Source of the DNA: Planctomycetota bacterium
GTDB lineage: Bacteria; Planctomycetota; Phycisphaerae; UBA1845
Length of the DNA stretch: 64,000 bases
Reading direction: 5' to 3'
Assembly (NCBI GenBank): GCA_024280855.1
Contig: JAJRPG010000033.1
Coordinates: 16,556 to 80,555, forward strand
Below the pieces are notes generated by a model. It was not told the DNA's origin. It searched no databases and saw nothing but the letters and a program-made list of their open reading frames with translations. A program made the translations under genes and the position numbers. Shown here one piece after another: positions 47,527 through 57,114 of the stretch (position 1 is its first letter; each line of letters starts with the position of its first letter).

Positions 47527-49353
47527 GTGGATATTAGCGCGGAAAAAGTACATACCGATTCTTCAGGAGCTATCTTAACTGGAGGTGTGCGCGGACGGTC
47601 TTATTCTACCAGTGCCACGTACTCGTCATCTCGATGCGTACCAACAGCTATCTGGATAATTTTGGCCGTAGGCTTAACGGCTTCGATATTAACTTTATTA
47701 CCAGGCCGAGCGGCGATTCCACCACTCATCGAATCGGATTACGCCTATCAACTGTTGGCTGCGGACAGATTCCTCGCCGGTGACGGGCTGACCACGCTGC
47801 AACCCATCGCGCCTGGCCAGCCTTGGGATTTTCAATACGAATGGGGCTTTCTGACCAAATGGCCAATGGGCTATTCCTTGCTCGTAGCTGGTGTACGACG
47901 CATCTTTACTTGCTCCAGCGTAGAAGCGTGCCGCGCAATTGGCATTATGGTCTGTGCCCTGGCGATGGTTGGATGGTTCATGTGGACGCGATTGATAGTT
48001 GCGGCAGGAATAAGCAGAGCGTTATTAGCTATCGTAGCTATGAGCACCGGCGTAGCGGTTGGCTATCTTATCAACCCTTCGACCGACGCCCTCCTCGCTG
48101 CGGCGATTCCGTATTTATTACTGTTGACACATCACGCACTAGGCATGACCGACATATCAAATTCTCGCCCTGCCAACAGTGCCAAACGGTTGGCATTAGC
48201 GGGCCTACTCAGCGGCGGGCTGTTTTGGTTGAGATATGCGAGCGTATTTATACCTACGGGAATTGGCAGCTATCTACTTTGGACATGGCTTAGCTCTCGC
48301 AATCTCACCAAGCATTCTACTGAAGCAGGAAAGTCAGACACATGCTCACCATCCATCACGGCAACGCATGTGTCGATATTTGCTTTGTGTGCAGCGTTTC
48401 CCGTAGTTGCTTTGCTATTGACTAACCAATTCATGGGCAGCGGAGAGTCTATGCAGGCCCAGGTTAATCTTGGTCATCGCGTGGCTTTTGATATGTCGCC
48501 ATCATTAATTTGGCAGGCTTGGTGGCAATTTACCGACCTAGGTTATTACGATCATCACGCCATCAGTCATTGGGTCATTGCGCTTTGGCCTGGATGCTTA
48601 GTTGTTATCGCCCTTCTCGTACCGACATGGCGACAAACCCTTGTCACTTTCATATCCAAGCCTGCGGTTAAGTTAAGCGCAAGTGTTTTGATTATGTTTC
48701 TAATGATGATCGTATTGGCTACGGCGATGTTTCACGACAAATTCGATTTCGTAAATCTGGAGCGATATTATATCCCACTTCGCCCGATCTATTTTCTACT
48801 ATTCGTCGGGCCTTTGTTCGTATTACAGTCACGGGTTATTCGTCTTGGCCTGTGCGTCGTATTGCTAGTTTGTTGTTCGTGGACGTTTCAACAACAATGG
48901 CTACGAACCTACAACAGATGGTCACAGGCCGATCGCGCGGTGTCGTCTTATGGCGCGTGGTCGCGATGTTTTGAGCCTCATAGCGATTTGCTTTTTCGAC
49001 ATCTTAAAAGCCTGGCTGATGAGAGCTTAATTTTGGTTAGCAACTTTCATGAATACTTAGCTTTGGAAACTTCGCTGCCGACGCTGCCTGTCCCAACTGA
49101 TCGCGCGTCGTTGGATCGATGGGTGAGCAAAATTGCGACTTCGCGCGGCATTGAAAATCCCCGCGTCATGTTCGTACTCGACCCGGACAATCAATGGCGG
49201 AAGCACTGGATTAAAGATAAGCGTAAGATTGAAACTGATTTTGAACTTGCGCCAGTGTCTATGCCGTTTGAGAGTGAGGCGACGAAAGTCTATATATACA
49301 GGTTCAAACACAACGATCCGCATGCTTTAGCTTGCGCGGAGCCTGGGACATAG
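47527..49353 (+). CDS. Polytopic GT-C-type glycosyltransferase (ArnT/PMT-like)
   Basis: More than 10 hydrophobic helices. An acidic loop-1 motif IESDYAY follows the first helix. It is divergent from a GT2 gene. The 5' end of the track ORF (47410) runs through the MITE, so I start at the GTG at 47527 (GAGGA 11 nt upstream). 47509 is also possible. Confidence 0.6.
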   Translation: MDISAEKVHTDSSGAILTGGVRGRSYSTSATYSSSRCVPTAIWIILAVGLTASILTLLPGRAAIPPLIESDYAYQLLAADRFLAGDGLTTLQPIAPGQPWDFQYEWGFLTKWPMGYSLLVAGVRRIFTCSSVEACRAIGIMVCALAMVGWFMWTRLIVAAGISRALLAIVAMSTGVAVGYLINPSTDALLAAAIPYLLLLTHHALGMTDISNSRPANSAKRLALAGLLSGGLFWLRYASVFIPTGIGSYLLWTWLSSRNLTKHSTEAGKSDTCSPSITATHVSIFALCAAFPVVALLLTNQFMGSGESMQAQVNLGHRVAFDMSPSLIWQAWWQFTDLGYYDHHAISHWVIALWPGCLVVIALLVPTWRQTLVTFISKPAVKLSASVLIMFLMMIVLATAMFHDKFDFVNLERYYIPLRPIYFLLFVGPLFVLQSRVIRLGLCVVLLVCCSWTFQQQWLRTYNRWSQADRAVSSYGAWSRCFEPHSDLLFRHLKSLADESLILVSNFHEYLALETSLPTLPVPTDRASLDRWVSKIATSRGIENPRVMFVLDPDNQWRKHWIKDKRKIETDFELAPVSMPFESEATKVYIYRFKHNDPHALACAEPGT

Positions 49354-49421
49354 TGTGCTGGAATAAAGATAAAATAAGCTGCACCTGATAGTAAGAATCG
49401 GCTGTGACGTAATTTCGGTGA

Positions 49422-49448
49422 CACCGCGCGGGTTGAAACCCGCGGCTC
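49422..49448. repeat. Family A REP hairpin (variant loop)
   Basis: caccgcgcgggttgaaacccgcggctc. Confidence 0.8.
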
Positions 49449-49465
49449 GATAAGTTAGCGCACGG

Positions 49466-49951
49466 CTATTCAATGGTATGAAATGTTAGCTCGTCGGTGG
49501 TGGTATCTAGCGTCGCTACCGTAAGAACTCGTGCGCGATGTAGTGCGCCAGGGTTGATGATACGAATCCCGTTGACGTGCTCATCACGCCGTAGGTGCGA
49601 ATGGCCATGGCAAATATAATCGACTTTCAGCCGATGTGGCGCCGCATCAAAACCATTTTCGTGGCCATGAAAAACAGCGAAGCGTTTATCATCTAGCGTG
49701 ACAGTCGTTGGCACTTCGGTAGGCGTTCGCAGGCCAACGGTTTCGAGGTAGGCAAGCGTTGAGCCATCGTAGACATCGGTATTGCCCCAGACAAAAGTAA
49801 GCGCTCGGCCAACGAATTCGTCGAACACCCCCTGCCCGCCAACATCGCCACAGTGGATAAGATGAGTCACGCCAAGAGAATCAAAAAGAGCGAGGGCCTT
49901 GCGAACGGGAAAAGGATCGTCATGACTGTCTGATAGAATGCCAATTTGCAT
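49466..49951 (-). CDS. YfcE/MJ0936-type metallophosphoesterase
   Basis: Motifs ILSDSHD, HCGD, GNTD, FHGH, GHSH and INPG appear in order. Confidence 0.85.
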   Translation of the reverse strand: MQIGILSDSHDDPFPVRKALALFDSLGVTHLIHCGDVGGQGVFDEFVGRALTFVWGNTDVYDGSTLAYLETVGLRTPTEVPTTVTLDDKRFAVFHGHENGFDAAPHRLKVDYICHGHSHLRRDEHVNGIRIINPGALHRARVLTVATLDTTTDELTFHTIE

Positions 49952-50005
49952 GGGAATATGGTAGCAGAAAATGGCGAGCGGGATAAGTGGAGGGAATCAT
50001 ACCAT

Positions 50006-51301
50006 TTAATTAGCACCGCTGCGATCATCCTCCGCTCGTGCCAAGTGTGCCACAATCTCGTCTGAGAAAAATAACACCTTTTCAAATGCTTCAACATATT
50101 GGTCTAACAGCATTCTATCAGCTGACGGGAAAGAGGGTAATTTGATCAACTCGCCATTAACTTTTTCGGTCAGTGGCAGCGCATGGTGGGTATAAGTAGG
50201 TATCTTTACATGACTATTTCCCTCTAGTCTAGCGATTTTAGCAAAGTGACCTTCTGTGAAGAGCGGCTGTTGATGGACAAGCGGGTATCGCGGGCATTGT
50301 GCTTCACAACCTTCTGCTACCAGAGCCTTAAGTAATTGTTGAATTGTAAATGCCGCGTTAGGTGCATGGTATCTAATCAAAAACTCGAAGTATACTCGGT
50401 CAATGTGGGCCGGCGAAAGAAAAGCTTCGAATCCGAGTCGCTGGAGCTGGTCGGATAAGTAACGTAAATTCTCATTGCGTCTATTGTTGCGCTCGTTGAG
50501 ATGACGAAGCTGAACACGTGCTATGGCTGCAGATATCGGCGCCATACGGGTTTTAATTCCGAAGCTGGTTCCGGCAAATCGTCGAGCGGGGCTAGGTAAT
50601 TCCATCACACGAACGATATCCCCCAAACATACTGACTTTTCGAAATACTCTTCGCTGTTAGTTAGTAGAATACCGCCCTCCCCTGCCGGCGCTAATTTAC
50701 TGCCCTGCAGGCTAAACACTGATATATCGCCAAGCGTGCCGCACTTACGTCCCCGCCATATTGCGCCTTGGGCATGAGAAGCATCTTCTATGATTTTGAG
50801 ATCGAATCTTCGTGCAATATCCAAGAGTTCGGTCATTTTTGATGGCATACCCCAGAGATGAACAACAACGATTGCCCGCGTTCTCGGAGTAATCTTTCGT
50901 ACCACATCTTCGGGATCAAGTCCGAGCCTATCTGGCTCGCTCTCGCAAAACACGGGCAAGGCCCCTACCCATAACATCGGCACTACTGAAGCCCAGAAAG
51001 TGGCCGAAGGAACGATAACTTCATCTCCAGGATGAAGGTCGAGAGCAAAAAAAGCCGCAAGCAGTGCCGCCGTCCCATTACAATGGGCGAGGGCGTGACT
51101 CACACCAAAATGTTGACAGTAGTCTTCCTCAAGATCTCGTGTGACCTGGTGTAGAGAGATGTCTCCATCACGCATCACTTGTAAAACAGCTTGTTCATCC
51201 TCTTGGGTGAGAATTGGCCATCGGTTAGCTTCTTGGTCGATACTACTGACTGCTTTTGGACCGCCCAACAAGGCAGGCCGCAGGTGTTTTTGATTAGTCA
51301 T
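50006..51301 (-). CDS. DegT/DnrJ/EryC1/StrS family PLP-dependent aminotransferase
   Basis: GDEVIVPSATFWASV, DASHAQG and the FSLQGSKLAPAGEGG lysine context. 431 aa. Confidence 0.8.
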   Translation of the reverse strand: MTNQKHLRPALLGGPKAVSSIDQEANRWPILTQEDEQAVLQVMRDGDISLHQVTRDLEEDYCQHFGVSHALAHCNGTAALLAAFFALDLHPGDEVIVPSATFWASVVPMLWVGALPVFCESEPDRLGLDPEDVVRKITPRTRAIVVVHLWGMPSKMTELLDIARRFDLKIIEDASHAQGAIWRGRKCGTLGDISVFSLQGSKLAPAGEGGILLTNSEEYFEKSVCLGDIVRVMELPSPARRFAGTSFGIKTRMAPISAAIARVQLRHLNERNNRRNENLRYLSDQLQRLGFEAFLSPAHIDRVYFEFLIRYHAPNAAFTIQQLLKALVAEGCEAQCPRYPLVHQQPLFTEGHFAKIARLEGNSHVKIPTYTHHALPLTEKVNGELIKLPSFPSADRMLLDQYVEAFEKVLFFSDEIVAHLARAEDDRSGAN

Positions 51302-51326
51302 TTATCGTCCTTAGTTGCACCTGATT

Positions 51327-52835
51327 TCAACACTCTGCAAGAACGCGATCAAATTGATGTTCGATTTTACGTTCATATGTTTCCACCATTTCTTCTGCAG
51401 TCGTTCCTTTGCCGTCAACGAACGCTTCGCTTAATTGCAATAGATAATTGCGGTGTTCCCCGTTTGCTCCCAGACCACCTCTAGGCACCCACTGGGAAAT
51501 ATTAGTTCTTCGCCTAAGATAATCTTCAAGCGTACAACACATTTCCTGTTGAACACACCAAGTGGCTGAAGGTACCAATTGGTCCAAGCCGGGGAAAGAG
51601 ATCATCTCCATATCAACCGTTCGACGAATAGTTGCTCTCGGCCTAGCATCTCGGACGGGTACAAACTGTCCTATTATCTTTGTAATATGCTCAGCTAGTA
51701 AGACGCAATTCGTTATTTTGCTGCCATAGACACTGATCCAAGGCGAATCCCGATCAAGATGAACCCGGTGTCGACGGGATAAACGAAAAGGGTGGTCATG
51801 GCCGTTATATGACTTATGAACAGCTAATGGACGTACACCACAACGCAGCGACACGATATCGGCAGCAGTCATCTTTTTTTTCAAATGTCGATTTAGATCG
51901 GAAAGCAATGAGATAACGTCACTCGGATCAGCACAAAAACCAGCATTGGGCGTATCGACGGCGGTCTCTGTGGGGCCCCACAGAGAAACCGGGCCCCAGG
52001 GAATCATGGCTACTCCGTCCTGACCATCTGGTGTATCGAATATCAATGGGACTTCGTGTTTGGACTCTCTTGGGATCCCCACAAAAACGCCCTTACTCAA
52101 AACATGCTTGTATGGAGAATCGATTTGGAATTGAGCATTAAGAGTGTCTGCCCAGACTCCTGCAGAGTTAACAATGCAGCGCGCTCGAACAGACTGCTGA
52201 CAATTGATGATTTGGTCCTCTAAATCCAAATTCCAGACCTTGCCATGCGGATCATACGAACCGCCTACAACAGGACAGTAGTTTATCGCCTGACAGTAGT
52301 CGTCCTGATTGCTTAGCAACCATTGCAATACAAAACGAGCATCAGACGTTTGGAGTTGAGCTTCCTCATAATTGAGCGCGCGTCGATGTTGTTTCGACAG
52401 AAATTCCAGCTCTGGAAAAATATTGCATGCCGATGGCTTCCCTCTGCGGCACAATCCTAACAGCCAGTATACATATAAAGAAGCGTGTACTAAAAATCTC
52501 CAATAAACGCTACGTTGACGAGGCAAGTAGCGAAAAGTACACGGCTTAACCCATTCACTAAAATCGCGTAGCATTCTTTCTCGCGATTTCGATAGCTTCC
52601 AAACGGTACCCAGGTCGAGTGTCCGCAAATATAACAGTCCACCCCAAATCATCATGGCAGAAGCTTGGCTAGTTCCCCCTGAAAAATCAGCTTTTTCCAC
52701 AAGTAATACGGAATATCCCGCTTCACAAAGGTGATGATAAAGACATACACCACTAATGCCGCCGCCAATGATAACCACATCATAATTACGTCCATTTAGA
52801 TCAGCTCGTGCTGTCAAATGTTTCTCGATATTCAT
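51327..52835 (-). CDS. FAD-dependent oxidoreductase, glycerol-3-phosphate dehydrogenase (GlpD)-like
   Basis: The dinucleotide fold is YDVVIIGGGISG. GGTSQASAMMIWGGLLYL corresponds to ATSSASSKLIHGGLRYL in GlpD. About 500 aa. Confidence 0.7.
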   Translation of the reverse strand: MNIEKHLTARADLNGRNYDVVIIGGGISGVCLYHHLCEAGYSVLLVEKADFSGGTSQASAMMIWGGLLYLRTLDLGTVWKLSKSRERMLRDFSEWVKPCTFRYLPRQRSVYWRFLVHASLYVYWLLGLCRRGKPSACNIFPELEFLSKQHRRALNYEEAQLQTSDARFVLQWLLSNQDDYCQAINYCPVVGGSYDPHGKVWNLDLEDQIINCQQSVRARCIVNSAGVWADTLNAQFQIDSPYKHVLSKGVFVGIPRESKHEVPLIFDTPDGQDGVAMIPWGPVSLWGPTETAVDTPNAGFCADPSDVISLLSDLNRHLKKKMTAADIVSLRCGVRPLAVHKSYNGHDHPFRLSRRHRVHLDRDSPWISVYGSKITNCVLLAEHITKIIGQFVPVRDARPRATIRRTVDMEMISFPGLDQLVPSATWCVQQEMCCTLEDYLRRRTNISQWVPRGGLGANGEHRNYLLQLSEAFVDGKGTTAEEMVETYERKIEHQFDRVLAEC

Positions 52836-52940
52836 CTGCGATCAAGCTTAAACCAATGATACTATTGCCATACTTATTACACACTCAATCATACTGTAAT
52901 TGAAACCGGCATGGCTGTCTGCCTAATTACAACAAACCCT

Positions 52941-53771
52941 CTACCCGCGTGCCTTATCTTTATACGGATCAGAAAATTCAAAGATGCTATGTTTTTCTTT
53001 TGGGATGAAGCCCCAGAATAAATCTGGGTTTCGCCAGACGCGCTCTTTTTTCTTGTTCTCGTCGTAAGTAATAAAATCTCGCTCACTGAAATTATTCACC
53101 TGGCCATCCAGGAATAGGACGTTGGCGAAGTCGCCGTGGTAACTCGTACCGACACTCTCCTGCATACCGGCGGGGCTGTTCCAGAAAATGTCGAACATGA
53201 AAACAGTCTTGGATTGATTATCAAACTGCCTGGCTGAGGTTGGGCGATCGCCAAAGTCTTTCATGCCCTTCCAATCACTCACGCCGTCAATCACCTGATT
53301 CATGCCGTAGTGAAACTGGTTTTTCCCCGAACCGCTTTTCTTATACAAACTTTTATACTTGGAGGGGCAAATCCAAATGTGAAGCGCGGGGAATTCTTTG
53401 ATGAGCTTTCCCTGCCGCTCTACGTCTTTGTACGCAGGCGCGCCCAGGTATGGTGGCAGTACATTGAACCATGTGTAGGGTTTATTGACACTCCAAAATG
53501 TGCCTTCGGTTGGCAGGTAGTCGTTATGCTCCTCCCGGTAGTATTGCAGCGCGTGCCCCCATTGTTTCAGATTGTTGGTACAGGCAATACGATGGGCCTG
53601 AGTTTGGGCTTTTCGCATCGAAGGGAATAGCAGTGACAGCAAAAGCAATGTCACACCTATCACAGTCAACACTTCGATAAGCGTAAATCCGTGACACGAT
53701 GGTGGCATTAACTGGTGGCGCTGCATTGATGACGCGTGTTCGCGCAGTTTGTACGAGCGCTTATTCGACAT
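52941..53771 (-). CDS. Prepilin-type N-terminal cleavage/methylation domain protein (DUF1559-like, H-X9-DG)
   Basis: GFTLIEVLTVIGVTLLLLSLLFPS and C-terminal HGDFANVLFLDG (H-x9-DG). Confidence 0.8.
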   Translation of the reverse strand: MSNKRSYKLREHASSMQRHQLMPPSCHGFTLIEVLTVIGVTLLLLSLLFPSMRKAQTQAHRIACTNNLKQWGHALQYYREEHNDYLPTEGTFWSVNKPYTWFNVLPPYLGAPAYKDVERQGKLIKEFPALHIWICPSKYKSLYKKSGSGKNQFHYGMNQVIDGVSDWKGMKDFGDRPTSARQFDNQSKTVFMFDIFWNSPAGMQESVGTSYHGDFANVLFLDGQVNNFSERDFITYDENKKKERVWRNPDLFWGFIPKEKHSIFEFSDPYKDKARG

Positions 53772-53893
53772 TAGCCCGATCCGAATGAACTGTGATGGGT
53801 CAAGGATTCCTAACCACCAAGGAGAATCGTAAAGCGCAATGGAGATCGTGCCAAGCGATGTTTATGGAAGGACATGTATTAGAAATTTGAAAG

Positions 53894-53923
53894 ATGCCCA
53901 CAAGCTTGCGCCAGTGGCTCTGG
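53894..53923 (+). repeat. Solo right-end fragment of the family B MITE
   Basis: atgcccacaagcttgcgccagtggctctgg compares with the consensus atgcccgcaggcttgcgccgtgcggctctga. I found no matching left end. Confidence 0.5.
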
Positions 53924-53962
53924 CATGGCGAACGCACCTAGCCAAAAAACTTTGTCAGAAGA

Positions 53963-54568
53963 TCATCTCGGCTGAACGGATTGGCACATCTGGTCAAAAA
54001 TGTCGTAGAGTTTCTGGTTGATACGACCACCGCTTTCGACGCTTAGGGAGATTGCGTAGACTCCTCGGCGGTCAAAGATGGCCGTTCTCACTAGGCTAGT
54101 TCCGAGCGGGCTTACTTGCTCTGCCCCTTCGACTGGGCCTAGCATTTTTCGGATGGGGTGGGATTGTTGGTCGCCCGGGCCAGGTCGCTCCGGCACATCT
54201 TCAATTTGCCGGATAACCATCGCAGGAATCTTAGCCGGGTTTGGTTCGCCGAGGTCGCCGAGCTGCCACACCACGACCGTAGCCTTTACGCCTGAGGTAG
54301 CCGAACTGACAAACGGGATGAACCGAGATGGCACGGCTGGGATTCGGCGGGTGAATCCTTTTGGAGCTATGAACGATATGCCCCACTGCGCGGGCGATAT
54401 TCGGCTACGGGTTAAGGTCATCTGGTAGGCGAGGGCAACTGTAAGAAGTAGTAATATCAGCGTCGCCCATAGGGCGCGTCGTCCGATAGCGGGCTTACTA
54501 ACATTGTGAACGGCTATTACCATAAGGTTTGGTATGCTAGCGCCCATCGGTAAGAACAGCAATGGCAT
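53963..54568 (-). CDS. Membrane-anchored hypothetical protein
   Basis: 201-aa ORF with one TM helix (ALWATLILLLLTVALAY). No motif recognised. Confidence 0.45.
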   Translation of the reverse strand: MPLLFLPMGASIPNLMVIAVHNVSKPAIGRRALWATLILLLLTVALAYQMTLTRSRISPAQWGISFIAPKGFTRRIPAVPSRFIPFVSSATSGVKATVVVWQLGDLGEPNPAKIPAMVIRQIEDVPERPGPGDQQSHPIRKMLGPVEGAEQVSPLGTSLVRTAIFDRRGVYAISLSVESGGRINQKLYDIFDQMCQSVQPR

Positions 54569-54831
54569 ATCTAAATGACCTAATAGCCGATTTCACTTTT
54601 TAGTCGATATATAACTGTGAAGTAATTCAACAATCGGCCGGTATTAAAGGGTGTTCAATGTCCTAGTGGACAGGTCGAGTATGCCGGGTATGTTGACGAC
54701 GGTTCGCGCTCGGTCAAAAAATCGTGTCTAATTGTCAGGGTGACGATCCATGGACAAGGCAGGAGCGTAGCATGCGATGTGTTCTCGTGGCTAGAGGTCG
54801 CGTGCTGGGATAGTGGGTGTAGGACGATTTT

Positions 54832-55686
54832 ATGGATGATTTTCGTCGATTTTTTCTTCGAGGCCTCACCGCGCTGGTTCCTACGCTGCTTACTATTGCC
54901 ATTTTGGTATGGGCGTACAAGCTGATAAATGAGAATGTGGGGGCTACTATCACCAAAGGCTTGGTGTCGCTGTGTACATGGATTAGCGATGAACCGGCTG
55001 TTGGTGTGGTGGATGAGGGTGAAGACCCGCTCAAATACGGAACCCCCATCGACCAGTGGGATGTCATTACAGGGCGACGCCTGACAATTGAACATAAGGT
55101 TATACACCATCCGGCTTTAGCATCATCCAACAGTGATATTGCAGCTGAAGCCAGGAAGGCGAGAAATCGCGCTCTTTGGCTGATTGCGGCCCAAAAATAC
55201 CGACTTCACTTGCTTGGTTTCTTGATAGCCATCATTCTCGTATACTTCACGGGGTTCTTCCTGGCGAGCTTTATAGGCCGGGCGTCCTGGCGGGCAGCAG
55301 AGGGTGTGCTACGGAAAATACCGCTGATAAAGACAATTTATCCGAACATCAAACAGGTGACGGATTTCTTGCTGGCGGAGCGATCTGTAGGATTTTCAGG
55401 CGTGGTGGCTGTCCAATACCCTCGGAAAGGTATATGGTCGTTGGGCCTGAGTACGGGAGACCCGATGAAAGCGGTGCAGGATGCGTCCGAGGACGAGATG
55501 ATTACGCTGTTTATCCCCAGCTCTCCGACGCCGATTACGGGGTATGTGATTCAGGTTCCACGCAAAGATGTCATTATTTTAGACATGAGCATCGATGATG
55601 GATTGAGGTTTACAATAAGCGGTGGCGTCATTAAGCCGGGTCAAATGATACCCGGTTCGCTGTCTTCAGACGGAGAAGACAAGTAG
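54832..55686 (+). CDS. DUF502 family membrane protein
   Basis: GLTALVPTLLTIAILVW, IPLIKTIYPNIKQV, VVAVQYPRKGIWSLG and FIPSSPTPITGYVIQVPRKDVIILDMSIDDGLRFTISGG. Confidence 0.7.
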   Translation: MDDFRRFFLRGLTALVPTLLTIAILVWAYKLINENVGATITKGLVSLCTWISDEPAVGVVDEGEDPLKYGTPIDQWDVITGRRLTIEHKVIHHPALASSNSDIAAEARKARNRALWLIAAQKYRLHLLGFLIAIILVYFTGFFLASFIGRASWRAAEGVLRKIPLIKTIYPNIKQVTDFLLAERSVGFSGVVAVQYPRKGIWSLGLSTGDPMKAVQDASEDEMITLFIPSSPTPITGYVIQVPRKDVIILDMSIDDGLRFTISGGVIKPGQMIPGSLSSDGEDK

Positions 55687-55721
55687 ATTTTCGCCAGCAA
55701 TATATATGAGGAGGTGGTTTC

Positions 55722-56066
55722 GTGCAGTTGAATATCACAGCAAGACACGTCGAAATTCCGGCGGAGGTACGTAAGCATATCGAGGAGCGCGTAGAAAAAT
55801 TGACGCGTTTTTACGATCGCATTCTTGATGTCGAAGTCATTCTTGGCCATGAGGCGGAGCAGTTTACGGCTGAGATGATTGTACATGTGGAACGTAAGCA
55901 TAGGTATGTAGCCAGCGATACCGGCCCTGACACCTATGCAATCGTCGATTCCATTAGTGAAAAAATTAGTCGTCAGTTAGTTAAGCACAAAGAGAAACTA
56001 AAAAATCACAAGCACGACGGGAAACCAGAGATTCCGTCATTACCTGAAGAGTCGGACGAAGCCTAA
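55722..56066 (+). CDS. hpf: Ribosome hibernation promoting factor (HPF/RaiA family)
   Basis: The GTG start has GAGGAGG upstream. MQLNITARHVEIPAEVRKHIEERVEKLTRFYDRILDVEVIL is the typical sigma-54 modulation protein fold signature. Confidence 0.85.
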   Translation: MQLNITARHVEIPAEVRKHIEERVEKLTRFYDRILDVEVILGHEAEQFTAEMIVHVERKHRYVASDTGPDTYAIVDSISEKISRQLVKHKEKLKNHKHDGKPEIPSLPEESDEA

Positions 56067-56159
56067 CTAAGATTAACATTGTTTACACCTAGTTCGTGGC
56101 TTGGCACTGACGATACGCGATTTAATAATTTTTAATGGTGGTGACACACCGGAGCATCT

Positions 56160-56633
56160 ATGAAACTTACAGAATTGATTCATGCAGGGGCGATTATACC
56201 TGAGTTAAGCGGAACGAATCGCCTGGAAGTGATCCAGGAGCTGATGCAGTCGCTGGCTAATCAGGGTGCGATTAAAGAAGAAGATATAGCCGTAGTGACC
56301 AAGGCTGCGATTTCTCGTGAGAAGCAGGGAAGTACCGGCTTTGGAAAAGGCGTAGCTGTCCCGCATGTTAAACATGCCAAGATTACAAAAATGATTGCGA
56401 CGATTGGTCGTTCCAGTGCTGGTGTTGATTTCAACTCGCTGGACCGCGCACCAGTCTACACGATTGTATTATTATTAAGCCCAGCCAATGAGAATGATCA
56501 ACACTTGGCTGCGATGGAAAAAATATTTCGACACCTGCAACGAGAGACTTTTCGTCGCTTTCTGCGCCAGGCGGATAGCGCAGAGGCGATGGTAGAGTTG
56601 TTGCAGGAAGCGGACGAATTACGGGACGAATAG
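56160..56633 (+). CDS. ptsN: PTS EIIA-Ntr type nitrogen regulatory protein
   Basis: REKQGSTGFGKGVAVPHVKH carries the active His. LLLSP...HLAAMEKI is also present. Confidence 0.8.
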   Translation: MKLTELIHAGAIIPELSGTNRLEVIQELMQSLANQGAIKEEDIAVVTKAAISREKQGSTGFGKGVAVPHVKHAKITKMIATIGRSSAGVDFNSLDRAPVYTIVLLLSPANENDQHLAAMEKIFRHLQRETFRRFLRQADSAEAMVELLQEADELRDE

Positions 56634-56671
56634 CATTTCGTGACTGCAGAGGATTATCTGCGGCACGAACG

Positions 56672-57001
56672 ATGCCAATCTGTTCACGAGAGGCGCGTGA
56701 AGCATTGACAGAAGCTCGAAAGGAAGCGAGCGGCGACGTTACGGTCGTCAATAAACAAGGGTTTCATGCGCGCCCGGTCATGCGTTTCGTGGACACAGCC
56801 TGTCTGTATCGTTCGAGCGTCCGAGTCGTTAATTCGTCACGCGATGGTGAAAGCGTGGACGGAAAAAGTGCCATGCACCTGATGCTGCTCGAAGCCACGA
56901 TTGGCTGTTCGCTGCACATCACGACATGTGGTGACGATGCCCAGGAAGCCTGCGACGCCCTAGTCGCGTTAGTCGCTTCGGGTTTTGAAGATCCATCGTA
57001 A
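56672..57001 (+). CDS. HPr/NPr family phosphocarrier protein
   Basis: VVNKQGFHARPVMRFV carries the His15 equivalent, and VDGKSAMHLMLL the Ser46 equivalent. Confidence 0.8.
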   Translation: MPICSREAREALTEARKEASGDVTVVNKQGFHARPVMRFVDTACLYRSSVRVVNSSRDGESVDGKSAMHLMLLEATIGCSLHITTCGDDAQEACDALVALVASGFEDPS

Positions 57002-57114
57002 ATCATCCGCCTAGAGAATAGCGCCGTCCGGTTGTCAGCACTGATGCCAGCTACGCTTACATGCGTGCTGCGACATGTAGTCGTGATGGTGATTCGGTTT
57101 CGGTATAGATTGAC

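Noticed and set aside
54655-55130. Two minus-strand ORFs (151 and 131 aa) overlapping the 5' part of the DUF502 gene.
   Set aside because: They are antisense to a gene with strong family motifs and a good RBS, and they have no features of their own.
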